Shown here one piece after another: positions 35,671-44,163 of a DNA stretch of 64,000 nucleotides; within the stretch, counting starts at the first letter, position 1; each line of letters starts with the position of its first letter. Below the pieces are notes generated by a model, which was not told the DNA's origin, did no database searches, and saw nothing but the letters and a program-made list of their open reading frames with translations. The position numbers and the translations under genes are program-made. The stretch is taken from positions 891 to 64,890 of the forward strand of contig JAJZSN010000003.1 in NCBI GenBank assembly GCA_021849745.1, in the 5' to 3' direction. This DNA comes from Bacillota bacterium. GTDB taxonomy: Bacteria; Bacillota; GCA-003054495; Carboxydocellales; JAJZSN01.

Positions 35671-36897
35671 ATGAATTATATGGTTTTTGAAGTCGGAATA
35701 GCACTAATGTTAATTGCAATTGCTTCTTTACTTGCGGGAAAATTAAAATTTTCCATTATTCCTTTTCTAATTTTAACCGGAATGATAGTCGGTCCACATG
35801 CACCAACCATCGGAATTTTTGATTTTAAGTTTGTAGAGAGTCAGTATATTATAGATTTTCTCGGACGGATGGGGGTTCTCTTTCTTCTCTTTTATCTAGG
35901 TCTGGAATTTTCAGTTCAAAAGTTGATTAATTCCGGTCGTAACATTGTTTTTGGAGGCAGCGTTTATGTTCTGATAAATTTCTCGATTGGATTTGCCTAT
36001 GGATTATTGATGGATTTCCCGCTTTATGAAACTTTAATCATTGCTGGTATGGTGTCTGTATCTTCTAGTGCCATCGTGGCTAAGGTTTTGGTTGATTTGC
36101 GACGTACCGGGAACTCTGAAACGGAACTAATATTAGGTATGATTTTGTTTGATGATATCTTTCTTGCCGTATTCTTATCCATCATGTCAGGAGTACTTCT
36201 TGGCGGCGCAACAACTATGGGAGGAATACTTCTTTCTATAGCCATCTCTATGGGTTATATGCTTTTGTTTTTCGTTATTGCCAGGAAAGGCACTCCTATT
36301 TTAAACAAGCTTTTAAATATCACTGGAAATGAAGTTTTTATAATTGTCGTGTTTTCCTCATTATTTTTCATTGCCGGTTTCTCGGAAATTTTACATGTAG
36401 CAGAAGCTATTGGGGCACTACTATTCGGTCTCGCTTTATCAGAAACTGAACATAGCAAAAGGATTGAAAACCTTGTTGTTCCGTTTAGGGATTTCTTTGG
36501 TGCCGTATTCTTTTTTAGCTTTGGTTTAAGCATTGACCCCCTAACCCTGGGCGATGCTGCGTGGATAGCCATTGGAGCCGTAGTGTTAACCATCTTGGCT
36601 AATGTTATATCCGGAATGATAGCCGGTCGAAAGGCAGGATTGTCACACAAGGCTTCTACCAATATCGGGCTTACCATCATGGCAAGAGGAGAATTCACCA
36701 TTATTGTGGTAAACTTGGGTCTTGCCGGCGGGCTAATGCCAATATTAAAACCTTTCTCTGCTCTCTATGTCTTGATGTTGGCTATTTTGGGACCCTTATT
36801 AACGAAAGAATCCAAGCATATATATAATGGTTTAAATAGAATTTTCCAATGGAAAAAGCAGCAGGAAAAATGTAAAAGTAAGGATGGTGCTGGATAG
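35671..36897 (+). CDS. CPA2 cation/H+ antiporter membrane subunit (KhtU-like)
   Basis: About 12 TM helices of Na_H exchanger type. It lacks RCK domains. Confidence 0.85.
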   Translation: MNYMVFEVGIALMLIAIASLLAGKLKFSIIPFLILTGMIVGPHAPTIGIFDFKFVESQYIIDFLGRMGVLFLLFYLGLEFSVQKLINSGRNIVFGGSVYVLINFSIGFAYGLLMDFPLYETLIIAGMVSVSSSAIVAKVLVDLRRTGNSETELILGMILFDDIFLAVFLSIMSGVLLGGATTMGGILLSIAISMGYMLLFFVIARKGTPILNKLLNITGNEVFIIVVFSSLFFIAGFSEILHVAEAIGALLFGLALSETEHSKRIENLVVPFRDFFGAVFFFSFGLSIDPLTLGDAAWIAIGAVVLTILANVISGMIAGRKAGLSHKASTNIGLTIMARGEFTIIVVNLGLAGGLMPILKPFSALYVLMLAILGPLLTKESKHIYNGLNRIFQWKKQQEKCKSKDGAG

Positions 36898-36964
36898 CAC
36901 TATTGGTTAGAAGCTTCATTTTTTATTAGGCCCATATAAAAAGATAAATTGGAGGAAGGGAAAA

Positions 36965-37453
36965 ATGAGTATAATTAGAGAATCTGATCTGCCCGGTATC
37001 GGTAAAAAATTTCAGATTGAAGCGAAATCGGGAGATAAGATGATCATTGTCATTCATGATAACGGTATAAGAGAGCTGTATCATTTTGAAGATGACGATC
37101 CGGATGAAAGTATCTCTTTGGTAACCTTGGAGGATGAAGAAGCCAGGCAGGTAGCCGCTATTATTGGTGGAATGACCTATAAACCCAAAGCATTGGAAAA
37201 CATTGAAGTATCCCTTGACGATTTAATTATTGAATGGTTAAAAATTAAGTCACACTTCAAATGTGTTGATAAATCCATTGCTGAATTACAGGTTCGCAAA
37301 AGAACAGGCGCAACTATCCTTGCCATTGTGGAAAAGCATGGTCAGAAAATCAATCCAGGTCCGGAGGATCGACTTTCGGCGGAAACGACCCTTGTTATTG
37401 CTGGGGAAAGAAAGCAGATTAAATCACTTAAAGATCTTTTGTTGCATGGTTAA
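36965..37453 (+). CDS. Antiporter regulatory subunit with TrkA-C domain (KhtT-like)
   Basis: [13 protein letters not shown]... N-terminal domain plus a C-terminal TrkA-C (...[35 protein letters not shown]). Confidence 0.75.
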   Translation: MSIIRESDLPGIGKKFQIEAKSGDKMIIVIHDNGIRELYHFEDDDPDESISLVTLEDEEARQVAAIIGGMTYKPKALENIEVSLDDLIIEWLKIKSHFKCVDKSIAELQVRKRTGATILAIVEKHGQKINPGPEDRLSAETTLVIAGERKQIKSLKDLLLHG

Positions 37454-37545
37454 TCCAAAGGTGAGACAGTTCGCGATTTGCAAAGAATTGAAATCCCGCT
37501 ATGTTAGCAATATAAAGCAGCATAGAGCAACTTGGGGGGAAGACC

Positions 37546-37851
37546 ATGACATACCAATCTAAGCTGAAGGACCAATTTGTAGACGGCTTGTTTGAGGCCA
37601 TACTGACTTTAAAGACCCCGGAAGAGTGCTATCGTTTCTTTGAGGATATTGCAACCATCGCGGAAATCAAGGCTTTGGCTCAGCGGCTGGAAGTGGCCAA
37701 GATGTTGGAAAAGGATCTTACCTATACCGCTATTGCAGAAGAGACGGGTGCCAGTACAGCTACCATTAGCAGGGTTAAGCGGGCCTTAAATTACGGTGCG
37801 GATGGTTATAAGCTGGTACTGAAAAGATTGCCGGAAAAAGAAGCTAAATAA
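37546..37851 (+). CDS. yerC: YerC/YecD-family TrpR-like protein
   Basis: LKTPEECYRFFEDIATIAEIKALAQRLEVAKML...TGASTATISRVKRAL. Confidence 0.85.
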   Translation: MTYQSKLKDQFVDGLFEAILTLKTPEECYRFFEDIATIAEIKALAQRLEVAKMLEKDLTYTAIAEETGASTATISRVKRALNYGADGYKLVLKRLPEKEAK

Positions 37852-37862
37852 TAAATAAAAGC

Positions 37863-37899
37863 AAATAACCATAATATGCAAGCTATGGTTATTTTTTTT
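37863..37899 (+). terminator. Rho-independent terminator after yerC
   Basis: The 11-bp stem AAATAACCATA/TATGGTTATTT is followed by a T-run extending to 37899. Confidence 0.75.
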
Positions 37900-37908
37900 G
37901 TCGGATGA

Positions 37909-37938
37909 TTGACATTTCTTAAAAACCTATGATACTAT
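37909..37938 (+). promoter_or_regulatory. Sigma-A promoter for hisZ (extended -10)
   Basis: TTGACA (37909-37914), then TGATACTAT with the -10 at 37933-37938. Confidence 0.5.
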
Positions 37939-37993
37939 GATTTTACGTTAATGCTTTACTGTACTAAAGAAAAATGACAAAGGATGATGAAGT

Positions 37994-39184
37994 ATGTCGA
38001 ACTACAACTTACAGACTCAGATTCCTACGGGAGTCAGGGATATTTTACCTGAAGAGGCTTGGCGTAAACGCCTGCTAGAGGACAAGTTTTACCGGGTATT
38101 CAGGAGTTGGGGATACCAAGAAGTCCTTACTCCTACCTTTGAATATTATCAGGCCATGGTTACCGGGGGGGATGCCAAACAAGAGGATAACATGTATAAG
38201 TTCTTGGACCGAAAAGGACAGATTCTCTCCTTAAGACCTGACATGACTACACCAATTGCCAGGTTAGTAGCCACTAGATTGAAAGAGGTGCCTTTACCTT
38301 TACGCCTTTGCTACCTGTCTAATGTATTCAGTCACGAAGACCCTCAGGTGGGACGGCAAAGAGAATACTTTCAAGCCGGGGTGGAATTGTTGGGAACCAC
38401 GGGGGGAGAGGCTGATGCTGAGGTAATTGCCGTGGCGGTGGAAGCCTTAAAGGCTTCCGGTCTCCAGGAGTTCCAGATACATATCGGGCAGATAGAGGTT
38501 TTCAACGGTCTGATGGAGGAACTTGGAATTAGCCAGGAGGTTAAGGAAAAGATAAAAGCAGCTATCGGAAACAAAAATTTTGTAGGGGTAGAAGAGTACC
38601 TCGAAGGTTCTAATCTCTCTCGAGAGCGGAGAGAAGAGCTGGTTCGTTTAATAACCTTCCATGGTGGCAAAGAAGTAATTGAGGAAGGGTATCGGGTGGC
38701 GGGTAATAATCGGGCAAGGGCAGCCCTTGATAACTTAGCAGAAGTCTACGATACGTTGGAGAGTTATGGTGTTGCCGGGAATGTAGCCATCAATTTAGGA
38801 GTGCTTAGGGGATTTGATTATTATACCGGCTTGGTTTTTGAAGGATATAGCTCTGCTCTGGGCTTTCCCATCTGTGGTGGTGGACGTTACGATGGTTTGG
38901 TAGGGCAGTTTGGATATCCCTGCCCGGCTACCGGATTTGCCATCGGGGTTGACAGAGTGTTGTTAGCCTTGGGTAAACAAGGGGACGAGAGTAGCCAGGT
39001 TATTGACTATTTGATTGTTTACGAGGAATCAACGAAAAGTAAGGCTCTGGCTAAGGCACGGGAATTACGGGAACAAGGTCTGGTGGTAGAAACCGAAATC
39101 ATGGGCCGGACGGCAGAGGAAATTCAAGAGTACGTTAAAATGAATGGTATTAGGGAAGTTTTAGCTATAAATAATAATTTTTAG
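37994..39184 (+). CDS. hisZ: ATP phosphoribosyltransferase regulatory subunit
   Basis: HisRS-like catalytic-core paralogue (GVRDILPEEA..., RPDMTTPIAR..., CGGGRYD) without an anticodon-binding function. It is paired with a short-form hisG. Confidence 0.9.
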   Translation: MSNYNLQTQIPTGVRDILPEEAWRKRLLEDKFYRVFRSWGYQEVLTPTFEYYQAMVTGGDAKQEDNMYKFLDRKGQILSLRPDMTTPIARLVATRLKEVPLPLRLCYLSNVFSHEDPQVGRQREYFQAGVELLGTTGGEADAEVIAVAVEALKASGLQEFQIHIGQIEVFNGLMEELGISQEVKEKIKAAIGNKNFVGVEEYLEGSNLSRERREELVRLITFHGGKEVIEEGYRVAGNNRARAALDNLAEVYDTLESYGVAGNVAINLGVLRGFDYYTGLVFEGYSSALGFPICGGGRYDGLVGQFGYPCPATGFAIGVDRVLLALGKQGDESSQVIDYLIVYEESTKSKALAKARELREQGLVVETEIMGRTAEEIQEYVKMNGIREVLAINNNF

Positions 39185-39221
39185 ATAAAATTGGTACTGG
39201 AATGAAAACTTTGGATTACTT

Positions 39222-39250
39222 GGAGGAGTTTGTCGTTGAATGTCGAATTA
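39222..39250 (+). promoter_or_regulatory. Candidate sigma-H-type promoter upstream of agrB
   Basis: GGAGGAGTT, an 11-nt spacer, then GTCGAATTA. The -10 nonamer is almost identical to the one at 4563-4571. Confidence 0.25.
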
Positions 39251-39291
39251 TAATGTAATCTAGTAAAATAATTCCAATGGGGGCGGTTGGG

Positions 39292-39918
39292 ATGCTGGAA
39301 CGCTGGATAGCTAATAAAGCCACGGTTATGGCTCAAGAATTGGGCTATGATGATGATAAGCGGGAAGTGTTGCAGTACTCCATGACTATTCTGTCCACAA
39401 CCATTCTGGGTTTCCTGGCAATAGGTCTTGTGGGAGCTTTGGTTGGTGTGGCTGGACTGGCTTTAACTGCCGGACTCTCGGCTGGGATTCTTCGAGCCTA
39501 TTCTGGTGGCGCCCATGCCACTTCACCGATACGATGTAATGTGGTTGGAGTAATTATTTTTATCGGCATTGGTTTGGTAGCCAAGTATCTAAATGGGTGG
39601 GTAGAACCACTATGGTTGGTTATTCCTATTGCCTTATTAGGTTTTGGTTCGATTTATCTTTATGCTCCGGCTGAGGCTCCGGGTAAACCCATTCAGTCCA
39701 TGCTTAAAAGGGCTACTTTTCGTAGGATTTCTTTTAGCTTAATGGGGTTTTGGACCGGTATAGCCGGTTTTTTGGCGGTGAATTCCATGGCCCTGGATGG
39801 CTTTCTTGTGGCTAGCGCACTGGGGATTTGTTGGCAGAGTATATCTTTAACTCCTGCGGGTCATGGTTTGATAGGATTCCTGGATAAAGGTTTACAGTTT
39901 GGTAATAAAATATCATAA
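39292..39918 (+). CDS. agrB: AgrB-family autoinducer-prepeptide processing membrane protease
   Basis: AYSGGAHATSPIRC has His and Cys 7 residues apart, as in S. aureus AgrB H77/C84. There are multiple TM helices. Confidence 0.85.
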   Translation: MLERWIANKATVMAQELGYDDDKREVLQYSMTILSTTILGFLAIGLVGALVGVAGLALTAGLSAGILRAYSGGAHATSPIRCNVVGVIIFIGIGLVAKYLNGWVEPLWLVIPIALLGFGSIYLYAPAEAPGKPIQSMLKRATFRRISFSLMGFWTGIAGFLAVNSMALDGFLVASALGICWQSISLTPAGHGLIGFLDKGLQFGNKIS

Positions 39919-39988
39919 CCCCGTCACCCACGGTTTACATACTATCCTTGTTTCTATTGCTAAGCGAGTATTAAAAGGGGGAATTCTT

Positions 39989-40111
39989 GTGTTAACAAAA
40001 ATTGCTAATCGTTTGATGGCCTCAGCCCTGTTCGCTTTTGCTTTGTTTGATATCGGTATTGCCAGCGGTGTTATAACCTACCAACCGGAGGTGCCCAAAA
40101 GTCTAAGATAG
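39989..40111 (+). CDS. agrD: AgrD-type autoinducing-peptide precursor (40 aa)
   Basis: Amphipathic leader, then ...IGIASGVITYQPEVPKSLR. This aligns with C. perfringens AgrD ...TSACLWFTHQPEEPKSLRDE. AAAGGGGG lies 7 nt before GTG 39989. The ORF-track version begins too early. Confidence 0.75.
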   Translation: MLTKIANRLMASALFAFALFDIGIASGVITYQPEVPKSLR

Positions 40112-40147
40112 TATATTAAATTGAAATGGTGACGGGGTTAATAAAAT

Positions 40148-40639
40148 TTGGAGGTTTTAGTGTTGGATTTTCGCACAATTTTATTAATTTATTTTCCGGT
40201 AATGAGTTTAGCTGCTTATTCAGGTTTAGCCCTTCTAGGCATAAGAATAAAACTTGTCCCTGCTGTTTTGGCGGGCATAACTGCAGGAACCATGGACTAT
40301 TTCGTTAGGATGACCTACGTACCTTTAGGAATTCCTCCTCTTTTGGATTTGCCACTTATGGTACTAATTTTAGCAATAGTTTTAAAGTTTTTTACTAAAG
40401 AAAGTTGGATGGCAGTAACAGGAGGTAGTATTTTAAGCTACATTCTTATTTCTGTCGGTGATTTAGTTATTTTCCCAATGACATTAAGCATTTTAGGTAT
40501 TACAATAGAACAACTGGTTAAAGATATTTGGCTTGCCCTGATGGCGGGTTACGCAAATTCTTTATTGCTTATTATATCTAGTTTATTATCATTTTTTTAC
40601 AAGTTCAAAATAATAGATTTATCTAGTATGAGAAAGTAA
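40148..40639 (+). CDS. Polytopic membrane protein (about 5 TM), candidate detached AgrC sensor module
   Basis: Entirely hydrophobic helices with no soluble domain. It lies between agrD and the AgrC-like kinase. GTG 40160 (GGAGG 5 nt upstream) is an alternative start. Confidence 0.7.
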   Translation: MEVLVLDFRTILLIYFPVMSLAAYSGLALLGIRIKLVPAVLAGITAGTMDYFVRMTYVPLGIPPLLDLPLMVLILAIVLKFFTKESWMAVTGGSILSYILISVGDLVIFPMTLSILGITIEQLVKDIWLALMAGYANSLLLIISSLLSFFYKFKIIDLSSMRK

Positions 40640-40665
40640 ACGTTTGTAAAATTAGGTGGTGGCTC

Positions 40666-41541
40666 ATGGGAAATATTGATAAGATAAATAAAAAAGCATT
40701 AATCCTGGTTAATGTTATATTAGGCCAGACTTTATTGGTGGTATTTATTGTTACTTATAATAGGTTATGGATTGCCGATGAAATGATGAGAAGGGCGCCG
40801 GATGTCCTTATTACCGCAGTGTTTACTGTTGCAACCGTTATTCTAACGGCATTAGGGGTCTGGTTAATAAGGACTATTATGGAGATGGCTGCTAAAGAAG
40901 TTCAGGCTGAAGCCAACGAAGCCCGGTTAGAAGAAAGCTTGGAATTCATCGAAGTCCTGCGTTCGCACCGTCATGACTACCTTAACCATCTGCAGGTTAT
41001 ATCGGGATTACTGGATTTAGGGATGAATGACAGAGCCAAACAATATATCTGGGAATTGGCTAAAGATATTAAAGAAGAAAAAGGACTCCAATTGGCTGAC
41101 CATGCGGAAATCAATGCCCTCTTGGTCAAAAAATGGGCTCTTGCCGAGGTTAATAAGGTGGCTGTGTCTTTGGAAGTCACTGCAGATTTAAGAAGTATGA
41201 CCATACCTTCCTATGATTTAACCAGAATTCTTGGCAACCTTATTGAAAACGCCATTCAGGCTACCACTCAAGTGGATGAAAGCCAGAGAAAAGTTGAAGT
41301 TGGAATCCATGAGGATCCTACAAAATGGATATTTATTGTATTTAATCAGTTACCCATTATTCCCCTTGAAATGCAACAGAGGGTTTTTGAGAGGGGTTTT
41401 TCCACTAAAGGAACTGAGGGTAGGGGTCTAGGTTTGGATATAGTTTGCAATTTGTTGGAGAAATATAATGGAACCATTGATTTGGTGAGTAAGGACGGTC
41501 TTGGCACCGTTTTCACGGCGAAAATACCTAAGAAGCAATGA
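40666..41541 (+). CDS. AgrC-like (HPK10) histidine kinase with only 2 TM helices
   Basis: H-box LRSHRHDYLNHLQ (compare AgrC FRHDYVN). N-box ILGNLIENAIQA. G-box FSTKGTEGRGLGLDIV. Confidence 0.85.
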   Translation: MGNIDKINKKALILVNVILGQTLLVVFIVTYNRLWIADEMMRRAPDVLITAVFTVATVILTALGVWLIRTIMEMAAKEVQAEANEARLEESLEFIEVLRSHRHDYLNHLQVISGLLDLGMNDRAKQYIWELAKDIKEEKGLQLADHAEINALLVKKWALAEVNKVAVSLEVTADLRSMTIPSYDLTRILGNLIENAIQATTQVDESQRKVEVGIHEDPTKWIFIVFNQLPIIPLEMQQRVFERGFSTKGTEGRGLGLDIVCNLLEKYNGTIDLVSKDGLGTVFTAKIPKKQ

Positions 41542-41546
41542 TGCTT

Positions 41547-41575
41547 AAAAAGCCCTTCTAAGGGCTTTTTGTTTT
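41547..41575 (+). terminator. Rho-independent terminator closing the agr cassette
   Basis: AAAGCCCT pairs with AGGGCTTT around a 4-nt loop, followed by TTGTTTT. Confidence 0.8.
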
Positions 41576-41590
41576 AATACTTTTGTTCTA

Positions 41591-41620
41591 TTGACATAGG
41601 TAAAGAGGGTGTGCTAAAAT
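41591..41620 (+). promoter_or_regulatory. Sigma-A-type promoter for hisG and downstream genes
   Basis: TTGACA (41591-41596), an 18-nt spacer, then TAAAAT (41615-41620). Confidence 0.5.
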
Positions 41621-41667
41621 TTTATCATGCTAATGCTTTAACGAATTAAAGTGATGGAGGATTGTTT

Positions 41668-42333
41668 ATGGTTGGTCAAGATTATTTAACTATGGCATTG
41701 CCTAAAGGGACGTTATTTAAGCCGACTCTGAAGTTATTGAAGTTAGCAGGGTTTGATACCGGGGAAATGGAGCAGGATAGTAGAAAATTGCTTTTTGTGG
41801 ATGAGGCCCATAAGGTGAAATACATCATTTGTCGGCCTACTGACATACCTACCTTTGTGGAGTATGGGTCGGCAGACCTTGGTTTTGTAGGCAAGGACAC
41901 CATAGTAGAGCAGAAGAAGGATGTTTATGAACTGCTGGATTTGAAGTACGGCTACTGCCGTTTTGTGGTGGCGGTGCCCCAGGGGACTCATGAGGAGAAG
42001 ACTTGGGAGCAATTGGCCCATACCAGGGTGGCTACTAAATTTCCCAAGGTGGCAGAGGAGTTTTTCCGGGAAAAGGGACTGCAGATGGAGATTATTAAGT
42101 TGCACGGAAACATTGAGCTTGCGCCAATTGTGGGGTTGTCTGAAATGATTGTGGATATCGTGTCTTCCGGGAGGACTTTGAGGGAGAATAATCTGGTGAT
42201 TAAAGATGAGATATTCAAGTCTACCACCAGGCTGATTGCTAACCGGGTGAGCCACCGGATGAAGTCGGGGCGCATAAATCCGGTTATCGACGGGGTCAGG
42301 GGTTTGATTGAACAGGGGGTTGAGTTGGAATGA
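41668..42333 (+). CDS. hisG: ATP phosphoribosyltransferase, short form
   Basis: [10 protein letters not shown] start and the [14 protein letters not shown] motif. GGAGG lies 7 nt before ATG 41668. Confidence 0.95.
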   Translation: MVGQDYLTMALPKGTLFKPTLKLLKLAGFDTGEMEQDSRKLLFVDEAHKVKYIICRPTDIPTFVEYGSADLGFVGKDTIVEQKKDVYELLDLKYGYCRFVVAVPQGTHEEKTWEQLAHTRVATKFPKVAEEFFREKGLQMEIIKLHGNIELAPIVGLSEMIVDIVSSGRTLRENNLVIKDEIFKSTTRLIANRVSHRMKSGRINPVIDGVRGLIEQGVELE

Positions 42334-43616
42334 TTAAGGTTTTAAAATCAGGGGATCAAGGGGTGAACGCTTTAATCAATAAGCAGTATGAGGATGAAGC
42401 TGTTTATGAGGAGCGGGTCAGGGCCATCCTGGCGGACGTAAAGGCCAGGGGGGATGAAGCGGTGCTGGAGTACACCGCTCGTTTTGATAAGGCGCAACTG
42501 ACAGCGGAGACCTTGCGGGTATCCCCTGAGGAGATAGAAGAGGCCTATAGCCAGGTGGATGAGGAGTTCTTGGCGGCCCTGCGGGTAGCTAAGGAGAATA
42601 TCACCGCTTTTCATGCTAAACAACTGGGTAAATCCTGGTTGGAGCCCGATGAGGACGGCAATGTGTTGGGCCAGTTGGTGCGGCCTCTGGAGCGAGTGGG
42701 CATCTACGTGCCGGGGGGGACGGCTTCTTATCCTTCTTCGGTGCTGATGAACGCCCTGCCGGCCAAGGTGGCGGGAGTGAAGGAGATCGTGATGTGCGCC
42801 CCTCCGGGAGAGGGCGGGAATATCAGCCCACTTTCCATCGTGGCGGCCAAGGAGGCCGGGGTGACAGAGATTTATAAGCTTGGGGGTGCCCAGGCTGTTG
42901 CGGCTTTAGCCTATGGGACCCGAACCATTAGGAAGGTGGATTTGATTTCTGGGCCTGGCAATATCTATGTGACCCTGGCCAAGAAACAGGTCTATGGTCA
43001 GGTGAATATTGACATGCTGGCCGGGCCCAGTGAGATTCTGATTATCGCTGATGAGACGGCCAAGGCCAAATATGTGGCTGCTGATCTCCTGTCTCAGGCG
43101 GAGCATGATGTGTTGGCCTCAGCCATTCTGGTGACTCCTTCGATGAAACTGGCGGAGGCGGTGAAGGAGGAAGTGGCGGCCCAGGTGGCCAGGCTGAGCA
43201 GGAAGGAGATTATGACCGCTTCTTTGCGGGATTACAGCGGGATTATCGTTACTGAAACTCTGGCTGAGGCCATTGAGTTGGCCAACCGGTATGCGCCGGA
43301 ACACCTGGAGCTGGTGGTGACTAATCCTTTTGAGGAATTGGGTAAGATTAAAAATGCCGGGGCCATCTTTCTGGGCAGCTACTCACCGGAGCCGGTGGGG
43401 GATTACCTGGCCGGGCCCAACCACGTGCTGCCTACCGGGGGTACCGCCCGGTTCTATTCTCCCCTTAATGTGGATACCTTTATGAAGAAATCCAGTGTAA
43501 TTGCTTATTCTCGGCAGGGAATTAATAAATATGGGCAACAGATTATTAAGCTGGCTACGGTGGAAGGGTTGGATGCCCACGCCAATGCGGTGAAAGTCCG
43601 GTTGGAGGATCAGTAA
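42330..43616 (+). CDS. hisD: Histidinol dehydrogenase
   Basis: 428 aa with ...LLSQAEHD..., ...APEHLEL... and ...[13 protein letters not shown].... There is a 4-nt overlap with hisG. Confidence 0.97.
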   Translation: MIKVLKSGDQGVNALINKQYEDEAVYEERVRAILADVKARGDEAVLEYTARFDKAQLTAETLRVSPEEIEEAYSQVDEEFLAALRVAKENITAFHAKQLGKSWLEPDEDGNVLGQLVRPLERVGIYVPGGTASYPSSVLMNALPAKVAGVKEIVMCAPPGEGGNISPLSIVAAKEAGVTEIYKLGGAQAVAALAYGTRTIRKVDLISGPGNIYVTLAKKQVYGQVNIDMLAGPSEILIIADETAKAKYVAADLLSQAEHDVLASAILVTPSMKLAEAVKEEVAAQVARLSRKEIMTASLRDYSGIIVTETLAEAIELANRYAPEHLELVVTNPFEELGKIKNAGAIFLGSYSPEPVGDYLAGPNHVLPTGGTARFYSPLNVDTFMKKSSVIAYSRQGINKYGQQIIKLATVEGLDAHANAVKVRLEDQ

Positions 43617-43617
43617 C

Positions 43618-44156
43618 ATGGCCGGCGGGGCGGTCCGGGAGTTGACCAGGTGCCCATGAAAGCCGATTTTGCCTGGGATGTGGAGGGTTTGCAGGCCGCT
43701 GCGGGGCGGGATGTGACCCGGGTGGTATTTCTCTGTTCCCCCAATAACCCCACAGGCGGGTGCCTTGACCGGGCTGCGTTGGAAGGGATTTTGGCGGCTG
43801 TGGCGGCCCTGGAAAACCGGGAGTATTTCAGGCCTCAGCTAGAGGCAATTATAGCGGGGCGTCAATGGTTGAGCGAAGAGTTAATCGGGATTGAGAGTGT
43901 GGAGGTTTTTCCTTCTAAAGCGAATTTCATTCTCTTCCGGGTGCCGGGCTGTGCCGGAGAAGTTTTCCGTAGGCTGGCAGAGGAGGGTGTTTTTATAAGG
44001 TATTTTAATGAGGCGCCGGGTTTGGAAAAATGTTTGCGAATTAGTGTCGGAAAAAAAGAGGATAATTCAGCTTTTGTAGAGAAAATTAGAAATATCTTAG
44101 GGCAGCTATCAGCTGTCAGCTATCAGCTAAAAAATAGGCGGGAAAGAAAGCGGTGA
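43618..44156 (+). pseudogene. hisC: Histidinol-phosphate aminotransferase remnant
   Basis: A 13-codon N-terminal stub (43618-43659) is in a different frame from the 168-aa ORF. That ORF joins ...VVFLCSPNNPTGG...LAAV directly to ...AALENREYF...PSKANFILFRV.... The DEAY and SK(PLP-Lys) segments are absent, as are about 140 N-terminal aa. Confidence 0.8.
44104..44128. repeat. AGCTATC/AGCTGTC heptamer array translated as the tail of the hisC remnant
   Basis: AGCTATC AGCTGTC AGCTATC AGCT encodes ...QLSAVSYQL.... Confidence 0.85.
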
Positions 44157-44163
44157 GAGCGAA

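Noticed and set aside
40126-40308. 60-aa ORF overlapping the start of the 5-TM protein gene
   Set aside because: It is in an alternative frame of a better-supported, longer hydrophobic ORF, and it has no SD.
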